The notes under the pieces: generated by a model
Told to the model about the DNA's origin: nothing
The model's database searches: none
The model's input: the letters and a program-made list of their open reading frames with translations, nothing else
Made by a program: the position numbers and the translations under genes
Part shown: positions 1 to 20,149 of the stretch, piece after piece
How the letters are laid out: each line of letters begins with the position of its first letter
How positions within the stretch are numbered: position 1 is the stretch's first letter
Assembly: GCA_023213395.1 (NCBI GenBank)
Contig: CM041465.1
Location: 1,364,001-1,428,000, forward strand
Length of the DNA: 64,000 nucleotides
Direction of reading: 5' to 3'
Origin: Cycas panzhihuaensis
Taxonomy: Eukaryota > Plantae > Cycadophyta

Positions 1-3000
1 ATGTGGTAGCAGCACCCCGATCTAAGGGAGAGGATTAGAGAGTGGTGGGGAATCTTGATGCCCAGATTTGCTATGTTTAAGTTCTTGAAGAAGTTAAACT
101 GGATTAAACAACAGATCAAAATATGGAATAAGGAGGTGTTTGGAAACTTTTTCATAGATAAAGGATGCCTATTGGAGGAGCTAAAAAAGATCGAGGAAAG
201 GATCCAACTCGAGGGTAGAACACAGACCCTAGATCAAACAGAACACTTCACCACTAAGAAATTAGAAGATATACTAACTAGGGAGGAACTCCATTGGAAG
301 CAGAAATCTAGGGAGTTATGGATAAAGGAGGGAGACAAAAATACTAAGTTTTTCCATCTATCTACATTGAAGCATAGGTCCTACAATAGGATCAGCAAAT
401 TATGAAGTAAGGATGGGGTTATGAATGATACGAAAGACCAGATAAGAGGAATAGCGATGAATTACTTTAAAGAGTTATACGTAGAACCAGGGTGCCAAGA
501 CCTAGATTTAAGGGTGAACCTACTACAATATATTCCAAGAGTAATTACTAAGGCCCAAAACAGAAAACTGACATAACCGTTTTCCCAAGATGAAGTCGAG
601 AAAGCCCTATTTAAAATGGGATGGGACAAAGCCACTAGGCTAGATGGGTTCTCGCCTGGCTTCTTCTAGGAGTATTGGGACATCATTAAGGATGACCAAA
701 TTTTGGCACTAAATGAATTTTTTCAAAGGAAGACTATTTTGAAAGAATGGCATGCCACTTTTCTGGTTTTGATTCTGAAAATGGCGGGAGTGGAAGTAAT
801 AGAAGACTTTGGACCGATAAGCCTATGTAATGTAAAATATAAAATTTTAGCTAAAGTGCTAGCGAACCGTCTTAAAGAGTGTCTTCCGTCCATCATCTCT
901 CCAAACCAGGATGGATTTGTTAAGGGTAGACAAATAATAGATGGCATAATTATAGTTCATAAAATAATTCACTTGACCTATCATAAGAAAGAAGCAGGTA
1001 TGATAATAAAAACATATATGTCTAAGGCCTATGATCGGGTGGCATGGGATTGTCTATTGGAATGTCTAAAAGCGTTTGGTTTTAGGGAGGTTTGGAGGGA
1101 ATGAATGCGATGTTATATATCCAATATATCGTTCTTAGTGATTCTAAATGGTAGGTTGACACCCTTCTTTCCCAGAATAGGGGATTGAGACAAGAAGATC
1201 CCCTATCGCCCTTCCTCTTTATCATAATAGAAGAACTATTAGGGAGGGCTACAGAGGAAGCTAAGAGGATAGGGTGGGTATCAGGACTGAAGCCCTCATC
1301 TAACTTGGAAAATATTGTTCATCACCATTTTGTCGATGATAACATCTTTCTGAGTAGGACTTCCCTTGGTGAGGCTCGTGCCCTAAAAGATGGTCTTCAA
1401 GCCTATGAGTGGGCTTCTAATCAGAGAGTTAACTTGGATAAGAGCTCAATTTTCTTCATCAATACTCTGGAGAGGCTGCAGAGGAGGATCAATAGGGTTT
1501 TGGAGATTTCCAATAGACATCTTCCTACCTCCTATCTGGGGATGCCCCTTTTTATGGGAAAGATGGATACGAATTTGTGCCACCCCATTGTGGGGAGGTT
1601 CAATAGGAAGTTAGCAGGTTGGAAAGGGATGCTACTGAGTTGGGATGGAAAGATCCAGCTTGTCGTGGCCTCTCTTCAGAGTATTCCAGTCTACCAAATG
1701 TCCTTATTCAAGATGCTGGGCAAAGTTATTTCAACTCTTGAAGGCATTATGAAGAGATTTCTATGGTCAAGGGCTGAAGATAAAAACAGATTCCATCTAG
1801 TGTCCTGAGAAAAGGTTTGCAAGCCCAAGTGGGTGGGAGGGCTTAATATTAGGAGACTAGGACACTTCAATGGAGCTCTCCTTGCTAAGATGGGATGGAG
1901 ATTAATCAAAGAGGTAGGCTCTGTGTGGGGAAAAATCATAGCCAAGAAATATTTAGGGGATAAGTATTTCCTAAAGGATGAGTTGACTGAGACCTCTGGT
2001 TCCCCCATTTGGAAAGCTATATGGTCCTCACGATCTATCTTGTGCAACAGCATCCAATGGAAATTAGGGAACGATGAAAGTATAAGATTTTGGGAAGATA
2101 AATGGTGTGGCTTCTATAGGTTGGGTGAGATGTCAGATATTGGTAATTTGCAGAGGGTCTGTGAGATTACTTACGGTGCACTAGTTAAGTACTATTAGGT
2201 GGAACAAGGTAAGAATAGATAATGGAGAACATTTATTGATCTGCAAGGTTTTGAGGAGGAGATTCAGAGTATAAAAGGGATTTTAAAACACTAGTATATC
2301 CCTAAGAAGGCCCTACCGGATACCTTGGTTTGGTCCCTATCATCATCAGGGTCTTACGCAGTTAAAGACGATTATAATTTGTTGATGATAAGAGAAGGAT
2401 GGACTAAGAATGACATGTCAGCCAGGGTTTGGAAGCTGGGGCTTATCCCAAAGATAGCAGCTTTTTGGTGGCTATGTCTATAAAACAAGCTTTTAACATT
2501 GGATAACCTTCTCAAGCGAGGTTTTTATCTGGCTAACAGGTGCGAATTATATAGGGAGGAGGCTGAGTCCTTGGACCACCTTAGTATACACTACCCCTAT
2601 TCTAGGGGGATATGGGGAGGTTTCTGGTAAAGATTGGGTACAAAATGGGTCTCCTCTAAGTCTTTGCGGGATCAATGGCTAACATGGGCCTCTCCATTTA
2701 AGAGAAAAATGTTGGGAAGGTTTTGGAAGTTAATTTCCTAGTAGGTACTTGGTATATATGGAAAGAGCGTACTTAGGAAGGGCATTTTAGAGATGTTAAA
2801 ACCCTTGAAGGAGGACAAGATTCCTAAGGGGGAAGATAGCATTCTAGATGAGTGGGGAATTGGTTGACCGAAGGGAGGGATCGAGAAGAGGAGGGAGACT
2901 ATCTGGACACCACCTGAGGTAACTTGGATTAAAATTAACTTTGATGGAGCAGCTAAAGGCAATCCTGGAGAGGCGGGGGGAGGAGGTCTATGTAGGGATC

Positions 3001-3551
3001 ATACAGGGATAGTGAAATGGGTATTTGTAGAGTATTTAGGAATTCAATCAAATCACAGAGCAGAGGTAAGGGCTATGCAAAGGGCAATAGACATGATGGA
3101 TGAGGAAGAGGAACAGAAAGTGATTATTTAAGGTGATTCCCTGAATGTGATCAAGTGCTTAAGGGGGGAGGTGGAGTTGGAATGGAGTAGTGTAGAGATT
3201 ATCAGGGATATGCAAGACGTCCTAAGCTCCAAACTGAGCATTCAAATTCAACACACGTACAGGGAAGGGAAATCGGCAGCAGATTAATTGGCAAATTGGG
3301 CAGTGTCAAATAAAAGAAATAGGGTTTGGAAAGAGAACTTCCCGAAAGAGCTTCTGATTCTGGTTAGGATAGACTTTGCTGGTCATAATGAGGGGACAGA
3401 CATAAGAGGGTGAGAGGAGTGAATCCAGTTTGGGCTAGGCCATGGGCTTGTCATGGCCATCTCACTTAGGTTGGTTGGTATTTCATGTATAAGGTTTGGG
3501 GACCTGTTTAAAACCCCTTCTAATATTATTTTACCTTACCAAAAAAAAAAA
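1..3551 (+). mobile_element. L1-clade LINE, decayed ORF2 (end of endonuclease region, RT, zf-RVT, RNase H), 3' UTR and poly(A); continues beyond the left edge
   Basis: ORF fragments 55-405 (WKQKSRELWIKEGDKNTKFFH), 703-1104 (PISLCNVKYKILAKVLANRLK, Q.GFVKGRQI.D, MSKAYDRV.W), 1185-1808 (RQEDPLSPFLF, HFVDD, YLGMPL), 1833-2198 (GGLNIR..N.ALLAK.GWR). zf-RVT about 2420-2620; RNase H about 2903-3300 (KINFDGAAKGNPG, HTYREG). A11 tail at 3541-3551. Many stops and frameshifts. Confidence 0.95.
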
Positions 3552-4254
3552 TCTTATTAATATGTAAAAATCAATGTTACTTTGTGGCCTTTCTTAAAAA
3601 TAAGGTTCCTTTTACAAAATAAAATTAAAAAGACTTAAAAGTAAATGAAATTAAATTAAATTAAATGAGACTAAATGAAATAATCTAAAGTGGTAAAAGG
3701 GTTTAGAGAGCTCTTATTTATGAAAGTTTGACCCAAGATATATTTCTTCAACTTTCAAGAGTAATCTCAAATAAGGATAAACTAAGCCAGTTAACTTTGA
3801 TAACTAAAAAGTCCTACAAAATAACTTTAAATTAGTCTCAAACTAATTAGAAATTGAAGATCACTGAATCTATTTTTTGACAGTTTAAACTATTTGAAAA
3901 ATAGACTCATGGATTGAATATTATTATAGAAAAAGTAAAGATACCTCTTTATGGCAAAATAACAAAAGAGAGGGAACCTTAAGCCCCTTTGGCAAATTAG
4001 CCCTTGGTCACTGGGTCATAGCACATGACCACTTATTAGTAGGAAAGGGGCTACAGACTTCAAAATTCATAAAATATGGCTAAACTGCTTTAAAAACAAA
4101 ATTATAAAAAGGACCTTATAAGTATTTCAAATCCACCCCAATGGAGGGTCACGTGGTTGCAGCAACAAAACCACCCACTAAAGGGCAAAGGGGCATGGAT
4201 GTTAAAATTTATATAATTTAGTTAAATTTATCAAAAACTATTAGAATATATATA

Positions 4255-4302
<48 letters not shown>

Positions 4303-5456
4303 TTAAATTAAAGTTCCTGCATAGACAAATCTGCATAGAAGACCAAAGAGAATGATCGATTGAATTAATTAAAATTGATTAAAAAAAAACTTCTAGAAAT
4401 CAATTGATCAAGCTTATATCAATCGGGCATTCAAATTTATACAAAAAGATTAAAGATTTAAATATTAAAAATATAAATAAATTGATGAAAAAGAAAAATG
4501 GTGATAGCCTTTTTTGAAAACCAGGGAGATAGGGCTACTTTAGAGGTGGATTTTGTGCACACGGATTGATGAAACATCAAATGGTCTTCTCCACTATAAA
4601 GATGCCTCAACCAAGATTATAACAAGCAATCATATACTAAGGTTTTACTCATCTAATAGTAAATAAGAGTCTATTGAAACAAGGACACCTTGTTAATCTT
4701 GAAATTGAAATAAAATTGATTAAATTTAAATAAAAAAACTCTGAAATATGTATTAAATCTCTTACAGATTGATGCCGGTATGTACTTAATTAGAAACACT
4801 ACAAAAAATTGTTAGGTAATAAGATATACAGGCCACATAGGATGAATGAAATTAGACATAGGTCATAGAGAGATAGAAAAAAAAAATGTAATATATATAA
4901 AAAATTAATTACAAAGTATATTAATAGAATTGATTTATATTTACGCAGGCTAAATGATCTTTAATGCAGGTCACATCTGTGTCAAATAATAAGAGATATA
5001 TATAAAAAAATTTAACAAAATAAAATATGATCTCTCAGATTAATTTATCATAGAGTATTAAATAATATATAAAATATTTTAATTAAAAACAAATACTATG
5101 GCATATAAAGGTTCTTCAACTCATCACAATCTCAATGCCACCTACAAGTAATCAACTTTGATACCAAATGTAGGAGCAAGGTTAGAGCAGAATATGGATT
5201 ACAAAGCCATACTAAATAAAATCAAAGCATTAACATTATTTTCATAATAGGGTGATGTTAAAGAACACCTTTGGGCTATGAGGCCCAATATATATAGAGT
5301 GGTCATTGGGTAAACCCAATGTCTATTGTCATTGGTGTTAATAAACACCATTAAAAAAATGTGGGTAAGTTAGCTAGGATGGGCTATAGTTGTCTCCACA
5401 CCACTCAATGCCAACACACCCTTTCATAGGCTAAGACAATGAACATTATCCCAACG
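3552..5456 (-). mobile_element. Ty1/copia remnant F1: 5' LTR, PBS and 5' leader, cut off by the L1
   Basis: ctttgatacca at 5156-5166 is the reverse complement of a tRNA-Met PBS, 2 nt from TG at 5169. The LTR-like block runs to about 5456 (aacattatcccaac). Leader 4020-4240 resembles the F2 leader at 17860-18220. Confidence 0.7.
4246..4298. repeat. (TA)n microsatellite, about 26 units with one interruption
   Basis: Direct reading. Confidence 0.98.
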
Positions 5457-6085
5457 TTCCTCTTCTTACTCTTGGTTGTAATTTCCTTCTACTATCTTCC
5501 CTCTCTAGATGTTTGTTTACTTCTGTGGGTAGTATTTTAAAGAGTGTCTAATTCTTCTACAATAATAGAAATTTTATAAATTTTTCATCCTACATTCACT
5601 GAATAAGTAACCATATCTTCCATAGTGAATACATTCTCTAGTTTCTCTAAGGATACCTCTTCCTTATAATCCTTAAGGAGCTCTTCTATGCCCTTCTAGA
5701 GAGAAAGATGATCTAGGTGGAAATCTACCCCATCCTCTAGTGTTCTTACCTCATCCTCTCATTGTGTTTCTAGAGTATCCTCTACCTTCTAGACTTAGCT
5801 TTAATGCAAATGCTTATTTACTATCTATTTCTTCTTCATATCTCCTATTCTTTTACTCTTATTGTAACATATGACCTATTAAAATATCAAATAACATATT
5901 TATTGTATGATCTCATATGGTAAGTGTATTTACCATGGTGTCAAAATATTTTGGCAATTTATTTATAATTAAATAAACATGTTCAAAGCTGATTAAAGTG
6001 TCTCCTATAAAAATTAAGCCACTTTTAATTTCAATAATCTTAATTGTGAAGCCTAATACTTTCTCTCCCTCCTTGATAGTGATTC
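5457..6085 (-). pseudogene. Decayed Ty1/copia gag fragment (older element J)
   Basis: Minus-strand translation ..IGDTLISFEHVYLIINKLPKYFDTMVNTL..E*KNRRYEEE..AFALKLSLEGRG..RG-rich..ECIHYGRYGYLFSEC, read as a UBN2-like region plus a degenerate CCHC knuckle. Confidence 0.65.
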
Positions 6086-9000
6086 TACAAGCAACCTTTC
6101 CACAATCCTAATAATTAACAAGAATATAATTTGTAAGGAAATCTTAAGAAATTTTATTAATCACAAAAGAGAACTTATAGCAATTTGCCTCTTTAAAGGG
6201 GCAACCTCCCAACTATGCAATGTTATAATATTCTCCAATGCCTATTACAATAGTGGAGATATATTTATATAAGACTACTAGAGTTACTTATCTTGCTTAA
6301 CTTATGTATGTGGGGTGATTATAATAAGAGAAAAAATAAGATATTAGTGGACAGAGAGAAGAAGAAGAAGATGCATCATGAAAATAGTAGAAGAAGGTAG
6401 ATATACTACAAAGAAGGTAGATATTTTATAAGGAGGTTGGGTACATAACAAGTCCCCCCTTAAAAAGCTTTTCCCTTAAAGCTTGAGCAGTGTTGGATGT
6501 TCTCAGATAAACTACTCAATCTCTTAGGTGGAATCTTCCCATGGTAGGAGCTTCCATTTGATGAGGTACTCCTTGATTTGCTAAGAGTGTAAATGCCACA
6601 CCCTTTTCTCAAGGATATATTTTGGTATCAACTGAAGTTTTCCTTCCTCATCCAAGAGTGGAAGCTTAGTTTGTGCCTACACTTGATGGATGATAACCTT
6701 TTTAGATAAGACACATGGAAGACATTATAGATTTTGGTAGTTGTTAATAAATCTAGGGCGTAAACCACCTCTCTTATATATTTGAGGACCTAATATGGCC
6801 CATACAATTATGGCCCTAGCTTGTGCTTGGTATTCATTTTGAATGACATCTAATTATAAAGTTATTGGTGAAAGTAGACCTAATCTTCTAGTTGGAATAC
6901 CCACTCACTTTACTTCTTGTTAGCTTGCTACTTCATTTTATTTTGGGCTAAATTAAGGTTATCTTTTAGTATCTGAAGTACTACCACTTACTATTATAGA
7001 TGCTCCTCTACTATATGTACCTTAGATGTCTTTAAGATATAGTTTTAGATGGATGGTAGAGGATAACTATATAGTGCTTAGAATGGGGTCATCTTGGAGG
7101 ATATATGATAAGTTGTATTGTATTACCATTCTGCTAAAGAGAGCCATTAATACCAATGATTTTGCTTATCTAATATATAACAAAAAATATATCCTTTTAA
7201 GCACTTATTAATTATCTTTATTTATCCATCTATTTATGGGTGATATATTGAGCTCATGGTTAGCTTGGTACCAAGCATCTAGAAGAACTTAGTCTAGAAG
7301 TAACAAGTGAGCTTAGGATCTTAATCACTAACAATCTTCCTTGGCATTTCATATAGGGGGTGTATTTTCCTCAAAAATGTTCCCACAATTTATTTCACCA
7401 TGTAGGTTGATTGAATTCCACAAAAATGGGCATATTTGGTCGACCTATCTACCACTATAAAGATTGCATCTTTTCCATCTGATTTGGGTCACCCCATGAT
7501 AAAATCCATGGATATTTCTTCCTAATATTGATCTACCACTAGTAGAGGTTATAGTAATCCTAGGTTCTTTATAGTTTTGCCTTTATATCATTAGTAGATT
7601 TCACAATTATAGCCTAATTCTTTGTATTCTTTTCTAGTCCATTCCAATAAAAAGATTATTTAATCCTTTGATAAGTCTTCTAGAATCTTCAGTGGTCAGT
7701 TGTTGGTGAGTTTTGGGCATAATGAAGGACCCCTTCCTTGAGCTTGGATTGTAGGTTTAGGTATAATCTATTTTTATAGCATAATGCATTTACTAACTAT
7801 GAAAACCCCTTTATGATTATTTGGGTTATTTTAGAGGTCTTGTATTATTCTTTAGATTTTTATGTTTTACTCCCATTCTACCTATGATTCCTGAATCCAA
7901 GAGGGACTAATAGATATGATGGTGTATAGTATGGGTTTCTCCTCTTTCCTAGAAAGGGTATCAACTACTATATTTTTCTTCTCTTTCTTGTAAATAATTT
8001 CAAAATCAGACCCTTACATTTTTTAAACCTATTTTTGTTATTCCTCAAAAGCTACCCTCTAGCCTAAGAAGTATTTAAGACTATCACTGTCTATTTTAAT
8101 TTTAAAATATACTCCAAGTAGGTATTGGTGCCACCTCCTAACTACATGTAAGATTGATATTGTTTCCTTTTCATAAGTGGACTTGCCCATATCCCTTGAT
8201 TGCAACTTCTAGATTTCAAATGCTAGGGGTTATCCATCTTATATAAGCACTACCCCCTATCCTTGACCTGATGTATCACAATGAATTATAAATGGTTTTA
8301 TGAAGTCATGTATTACTATCATTGGTATAGTGGTCATGGCTTCCTTGATCTTTGTAAAAGCTTCACTTATTACCTTTGTCCATTAGAATAAGTCCTTTTT
8401 TAGTAAATGTGTCAAAGGTGTTGCTATCCTTGCATACCCTTTTATAAATTTTTGGTAGTATTTGGTAAGTCCTAGGAATCCTCAAAGGATTTTGATATCC
8501 TTAGGTTGGGGCCAATTTTGAATTATGATGGTCTTCTTTTGATCAACTTTTATTCCATTTAAAGAGATAATGTATCATAAGTACTCTAGCTCTCATTTTC
8601 TAAAGTTATACTTAGATATTTTGGTATATAGTTGGACTTCTAATAATTTTAGGACCTTGTCCACATGTTGAAGATGTTATGCTACTATTTGACTATATAT
8701 AAGGATGTCATAAAAAAAACCAAGACAAATTTCCTTAAGTACAAGTGAAGGATTTTGTTCGTAAGTCCTTGGAATATTGCAAGTGTATTGGTGAGGCCAA
8801 AGGGCATTACAAGAAACTCATAGTGGTCCTCATGAGTTTAGAATATTGTTTTGTGAATATATTCCACCCTAATCCAAATTTATTGGTACATTGATTGAAG
8901 GTCCAAGAATATGAATATGGTAGCCCCATATAATTCATCCAATAATTCATCAATAACTAGTATAGGAAATCTGTCCTTAGCTATGATTTTGTTTAGTTCC

Positions 9001-10965
9001 CTATAGTTAATGCACATCTAAAATGAGCCATCTTTCTCTTAACAAAAATGACAAGAGTAGAGAAAGCAGTTTTGCTCTCTTGAATGACTCTAGCATCTAA
9101 CAACTCACATACTAAATTTTTAATTTCATTCTTTTGTTGTTATGGGTATATATATGGCCTTACACTAGGTGGGTTTCTTCCAACAATAAGTTGAATGGTG
9201 TGGTCTTTCTTACTTTGTGATGGTAGTCCTTTAAGGCATTTATCAAAAACTTAAGGATGACTAAATAAGACCCCTTGCAATTATGGTAATAAGTGGTCGT
9301 TATGGAATGGAGTCACTTCACCTTAGGATTCTTATCTTGTAAGAGTATGACATCTTAAAATTAAGCCTATGCCTCCCTTTCGTATCAACTTCTCCATCCT
9401 CGGTGAATAACTTGAGATGCTAGTGAGGTGATCCTATTAAGTTAATACTGGTGACCCTCCCAGTTGAATCATATGAATAATTCTTGGAAGTTAGTTTGAG
9501 AGGTTCTAATTATTTTTTACCACTAAAATCTTAAGATGATGCCCACTCCTCCCATAGGGATGTCAAAAATTAGAGTAGATGGATGGAACTCCCCTATGGT
9601 AAGTCATATTATGGCATTTTCCTCCACATGGTAGTGTTTTCATATTAGAAATCATAACCTGGAAGTTCTTTACTAGATACAAGAAGAAATTGAGTTCCTC
9701 AACCAATTTTTTATTAATAAAATTATGGGTGCTGTTAGAATTGATTAATACTACTACCCTTTATTTCCTGATGTATCTAATGTTTTTAAGGGCTTCCAAG
9801 GTTGCAATTCTTGCTAAGGCATGGACCAAAATTATTGTTATTTCCTCCTTATCATCTATTGGTGCTTCTAGTGGCCCTAAAGATTTTAGACTATCCTTAA
9901 GTGACTATTATAAAGTGTGTTCTTCCTCTAGTACATCCTCATCTATGTTCTCAATAATAAATAATCATTTCTCTGCACATTGGTATTCTTTATATCATTT
10001 TTTGTTGCATTAAAAATAGAGACCTTTTAACCTTCTTTCATCTATTTCCTAGGTTGTCATCTAGTAAATAATTGGTAACTATGATGCAATTAGGGCATGT
10101 GATGATATTTTTCTATCTATATATGGTTACATTGGTTATCAAAATACCTTGTTCTTTACTTCAATATGGCAGGCTAGCTTAATGGATTTTGTAATCATTT
10201 AAGGGTTCAAGAGGTGAAGCTCATGCTTAACCTCATCTTGAAGGCCATTGATATATAATTCTAGTATTTGTTCTTCATTGAGGTTATCAACTCATATAAA
10301 GAGACACTAGTATATAGAGGTATATTATGAAACTATCCCCTCCTATCAAATCTTTGTAAGTTAACCAAAATAATCATTGTCTCAAGTGTTTTCACATTGG
10401 GTCTCCAAGATACAAAATTATCTCATCCATAATGATGCCCATTAACCTTCTTTTTCACCCATCAATACCACTGGTATAGATCAGACTCCATATACAAGGA
10501 GGCTATTATTATTTTCTTATCACTAAGGACCTAGTGTAGAGCAAAATACTACTCCATCTAGGATACCTAAATTTCAATACTAGTACCATTAAATTTTTTA
10601 GCTCTACCTTTGGGAGGAAGGTTGGTCTCCCACATCTATTATCAAAGAGTTTATTATCTATATGAAATTTTATTCTTTCCTTCCCTTTGTAAAGGTGGTC
10701 TTCTTCTTTTATTGGGTTATCCTTATTGGTGGTACTCTTATCCATTAGTTCAATCATGAACTCCTTAATGTGGTCCTCTAAGCCTTCTATTCCTTCAAGC
10801 TAGTGTACCACGCCTTATATATTGTCATCCATTTCTTTCCTCAATATAGTGATGCCATCATTGAGATTAGAGTTCCATTTAGCGATGATACTTTTGGGGG
10901 CTATTCTTTTTCTTGAACTTAGCTTAATATTTTTTTCTTTTTTTATTTTCTCCTTCAATTAAAAT
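6086..10965 (-). mobile_element. Ty3/gypsy chromovirus-type element A1: 3' LTR plus decayed gag-pol; 5' LTR absent
   Basis: 3' LTR 6086-6450 is the reverse complement of the A2 LTRs. PPT aggggggact at 6451-6460. gag starts about 10904 (ATG mutated to ATA), colinear with A2. Protease, RT, RNase H, integrase and EYLIKWK chromodomain remnants extend down to about 6470. Confidence 0.93.
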
Positions 10966-11082
10966 GTGATCAATAAACCTATTGGGACTAACCTAAGGTA
11001 TAAGTGATAAGTCAGGGAAGTGATGGCAATTTGACACCTTACCTAAGGCATCCATGTGCCTCTTAGATGCAAGATCAGGGTA

Positions 11083-14005
11083 TGTGACGACTCCTATTCA
11101 TGACTATATGGCTATCCTAGGGTAACTCAGATGTTAAAGAACATATATAGGTGGTTTTAGTTTCATGTCTTATTGAACCTATGACAACTTAGAAGAAATG
11201 AGAGATAATGTATATATGTAATCACCTATATGCTCTTTTAATCCAAAGTATGCAAGAGGGGCAATTCTACCTAGGAGGACACTATTACCCCTTAAGTTTA
11301 GGAACTCATAACTATATGGTCCCTCCCTTCATTTAGGGTTTTGTAAAAAGGAAACAAGCTCTAACCTAGTTGTATATGTGCTTTGTTTTATTATTTATTA
11401 TTTTTATTATTATTATTCTGTCCTTCTTTTCTCTTTCTTTTTTTTTTTTTCCTTTTTTTGTTGGGATTTCTTGAGTTCAAAGAACTAATCCTAATGCAAG
11501 TAAAATAATGAGAAGAGACAAAAAGGAGGGTGCAATGAAAGATAAATAAGCAAGTAAAAGAAACTTCCTCTCTCTTTTCTTCTTTTTTTTTCTTAGTTCC
11601 TTTCAAGAAAAAGCATTAGGAAGTATGAGAAAAGAAAGATAAGGGAAAAAGGGATAATTAAACTAATATGCACCTTTCTCTCTTTCCCTTCTCTCTTTTT
11701 TTTTCTTGTCCTTCTTATTATAATATCTCTCTCCTTTCTTTCTTTTGTTTTTTTATTTTGAAACTAAAAGGAAGATGCCAACGAAAGAAAGATGTTGCAA
11801 AATACAAAGGGGAGAATGACATGTACCTCTAACAATGGCATTTAATGACAGAAAGCTTGCCATCCATGATCATCACACAATTGATGTAAATATGAAAGAG
11901 AGGGGGCTTACTTACTTAGCCCTAAGAGAAATCTAATAGTATTTTAGCTCATTAGATACCCTTATAACAGAAAAGAAGACAATGTAAAAATGACAAATCT
12001 AAAGGAAATCACACATATACATTACTATCACTTACCTCTTCCGTGAGTAATTGTAATGAATAGTGATGGTGAGTTCCCTTGCATGAATTTTGTCAAACGA
12101 AGGCCTTGAATATGTTATTCTCCTACCATGCATACAAATTAGATTCCTTTCCAATAATATATAACACATGTATATATGCTACTCAATAGGAAGTCATCAA
12201 AAATGTCATATAAACTACAAAGTGAGAAGGTGCTAACTATGAACTAGTAATCATGTAAGAAAAATGATAAAGAAGAGGTGGAGGATCATCCCCCTGTACG
12301 TTTGGTTTCCTAATCTGTACTTAAGAAAACTCCCCTTTAGCTTGCAAATCAATTCGATGGAAGTAAGGAAATTTAGCAAGCAAAAGGATAGCAAAGTCAA
12401 GCAATATCAAATGATTTAATCATAAATAGAAACATGAGAAGAAGCAAGAGAAACGCTATCTAGCATTAAAACATCAAGCACTCACACAACATGATAAAAA
12501 CTAGATGGAAATAAGAGAAAGGACTACTATTTCAAAATCTAGGGAGTGGATTGATGATCCTTTTATTGGGGAAGTGGTGGCCAATGGCTACTCGAAGTCT
12601 CCCTTAAGGCCTCCTCTAACTATCTTGAATGTGTATCATTAACCCTTACTATGAGTTGCTAGTTGGACTCCCAAAAGCTAGTAATTCTAGATAAATTTTA
12701 GTAGCATGTACCTAGCATGTCCCTTGAATAATTCTCTCCTCCCTTTCCCTTGAAAAAAAAGGTGGGATTTATAAGGAAATTTGAGATAAGAGGTAGGTGG
12801 TTTCTTGCCCATAATGTAGGGGAAACCACCCAAAAGAAACCATATACTAGGTACATGGTTTGAGAAGATTTTGGCGATAGAATTAAGGAAAAGTTTAGGA
12901 AAAAGGACTTTGGAGGCATGTTAGCCTCCCAACATAAGTACAAGACAACCTGGGGTTGACACAGCCTTTTAGGTCAGAGATCTGGCTCATTAATGGCAGA
13001 TTATCACCATTGAACCTAAATCTAGGTTGGTGATAGTCATACTATGAATTCTTTTACAGTATCCTAAAAATATTCATAGTACTGCAAGATACTTTGAGGT
13101 ACAGGAAATTTGAAAAATCAAAGTAGGATAATAGCGAGGAATATTTTTTTATCATTTTACTTTTGTACAGGCTAGTAAGTCTACAAAAATAGGGGCCTAT
13201 AAGCATCTGTCTATCATTACTAAGTGAAAGTAGGCTAAAAACAAGGTAATAAGATAGGGAAACAATCAATCAAGATGAAGAGATGGATCACATGTTGCTA
13301 GGGATGCACCATTTTTCCAACTTAGGAACACTATCAGGGGACATTAGGGTCATGAACATGTGTCTTACTCATCATCAGCTTAAATGAGGGATATAACTCA
13401 AACAATCAAGTAAAAATAGCAAGTACACATCTACCATATAAGTTCAATATATATAAATGAAATGAAAATAGAGTAGAAGGGCAAAAAATATAGCTATACT
13501 TACCATGCTTGACTAATCATTCAAATCTCATTCCTAGAAGTTAGGAAACAATGCCCTCTTGGTAATAAAACCTCTTCAAATTTGAACCTAAAAGATGGTA
13601 AATGTTGCCAATACAAGTGGTAATATATACTATAACAACCATATAAATCAAAATGTATGTGATTCATATGGGGCTATGGTTCTAATAATGATACCTCATA
13701 AGTAGCAAATCAAAGGTATGTTGCCTTAAGTTAGCCCTGTAAGGGTCATAAGACGAGTTGTATGAGCTAAGAAGGGTGATGAATCAATGATTGTATCAAT
13801 CCCTAAGGCTAATAGCTATAAAATCTTAGTTCACACAAGAAAAAATGAACCACATAATAGGGAGTTTACCCCCATGATATGACAAGGTAGGTATCATGGC
13901 CCAAAAGAGAGGCTCAGAAGCCCAAAGCCCCTTGAATACAGGAGGTGATACCTCAAATATCTAAGGGGAAGAAGAGGCCTAATGGGCTCAGGGTTGGTTG
14001 TCATA
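11083..14005. mobile_element. Possible large (about 2.9 kb) LTR-like segment
   Basis: Starts tgtgacgac and ends gttgtcata (imperfect terminal inverted repeats). Minus-strand TATA-like ccttataaatccc near 12765-12777. Non-coding, and the flanking 5-mers do not match. Confidence 0.3.
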
Positions 14006-14079
14006 GTTTTACCTTATTAGTAGCCATCTTTTTGAGGTATAATTTTTTAGATTTTTAATGTTTTAATTTTTTTTTTAGA

Positions 14080-19659
<5,580 letters not shown>

Positions 19660-20149
19660 CATATGAGAACTTATAATAATAGATATTAATACTTATATAT
19701 TGGAATAATGAGATGATCCCCTTAATAAATTAAATATGTTTGATGTAGTAAACTATAATACTAATCAAATAAAACATAATACAAGTTAATGAAATGATAA
19801 ATAATCACCTAGTTTATTTGATTGAATGAATTGTTGAATGATGGGCAAAGACACCACCCAATGATTATTTAAAAGTTGATTGTTGTTTGAGAGAAGGTTA
19901 TTAATTAAAAGTTTGGTTGAGTTGATATTTAAGTTTTCCACCTGATATGAGGCATGGAAAGGTCTCATATATTGTTTAATTGATTAAAATTAGCAATAAT
20001 GGTTGTGAGTTATATGTAAAACTAAAATCAACTATTGAGAAGTCTAATTAATATGTGCTTTTAGTTAGAAGTCTAATGGGCATATATAATAAAGGACATG
20101 GAACACATTATATATATTACTTTATTACAAAGAACTTGATAAGGCAAGT

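Noticed and set aside
9690-10013. Apparently conserved novel ORF also seen at 42155-42502
   Set aside because: Both are antisense shadows of the gag/protease region of the related elements A1 and A2.
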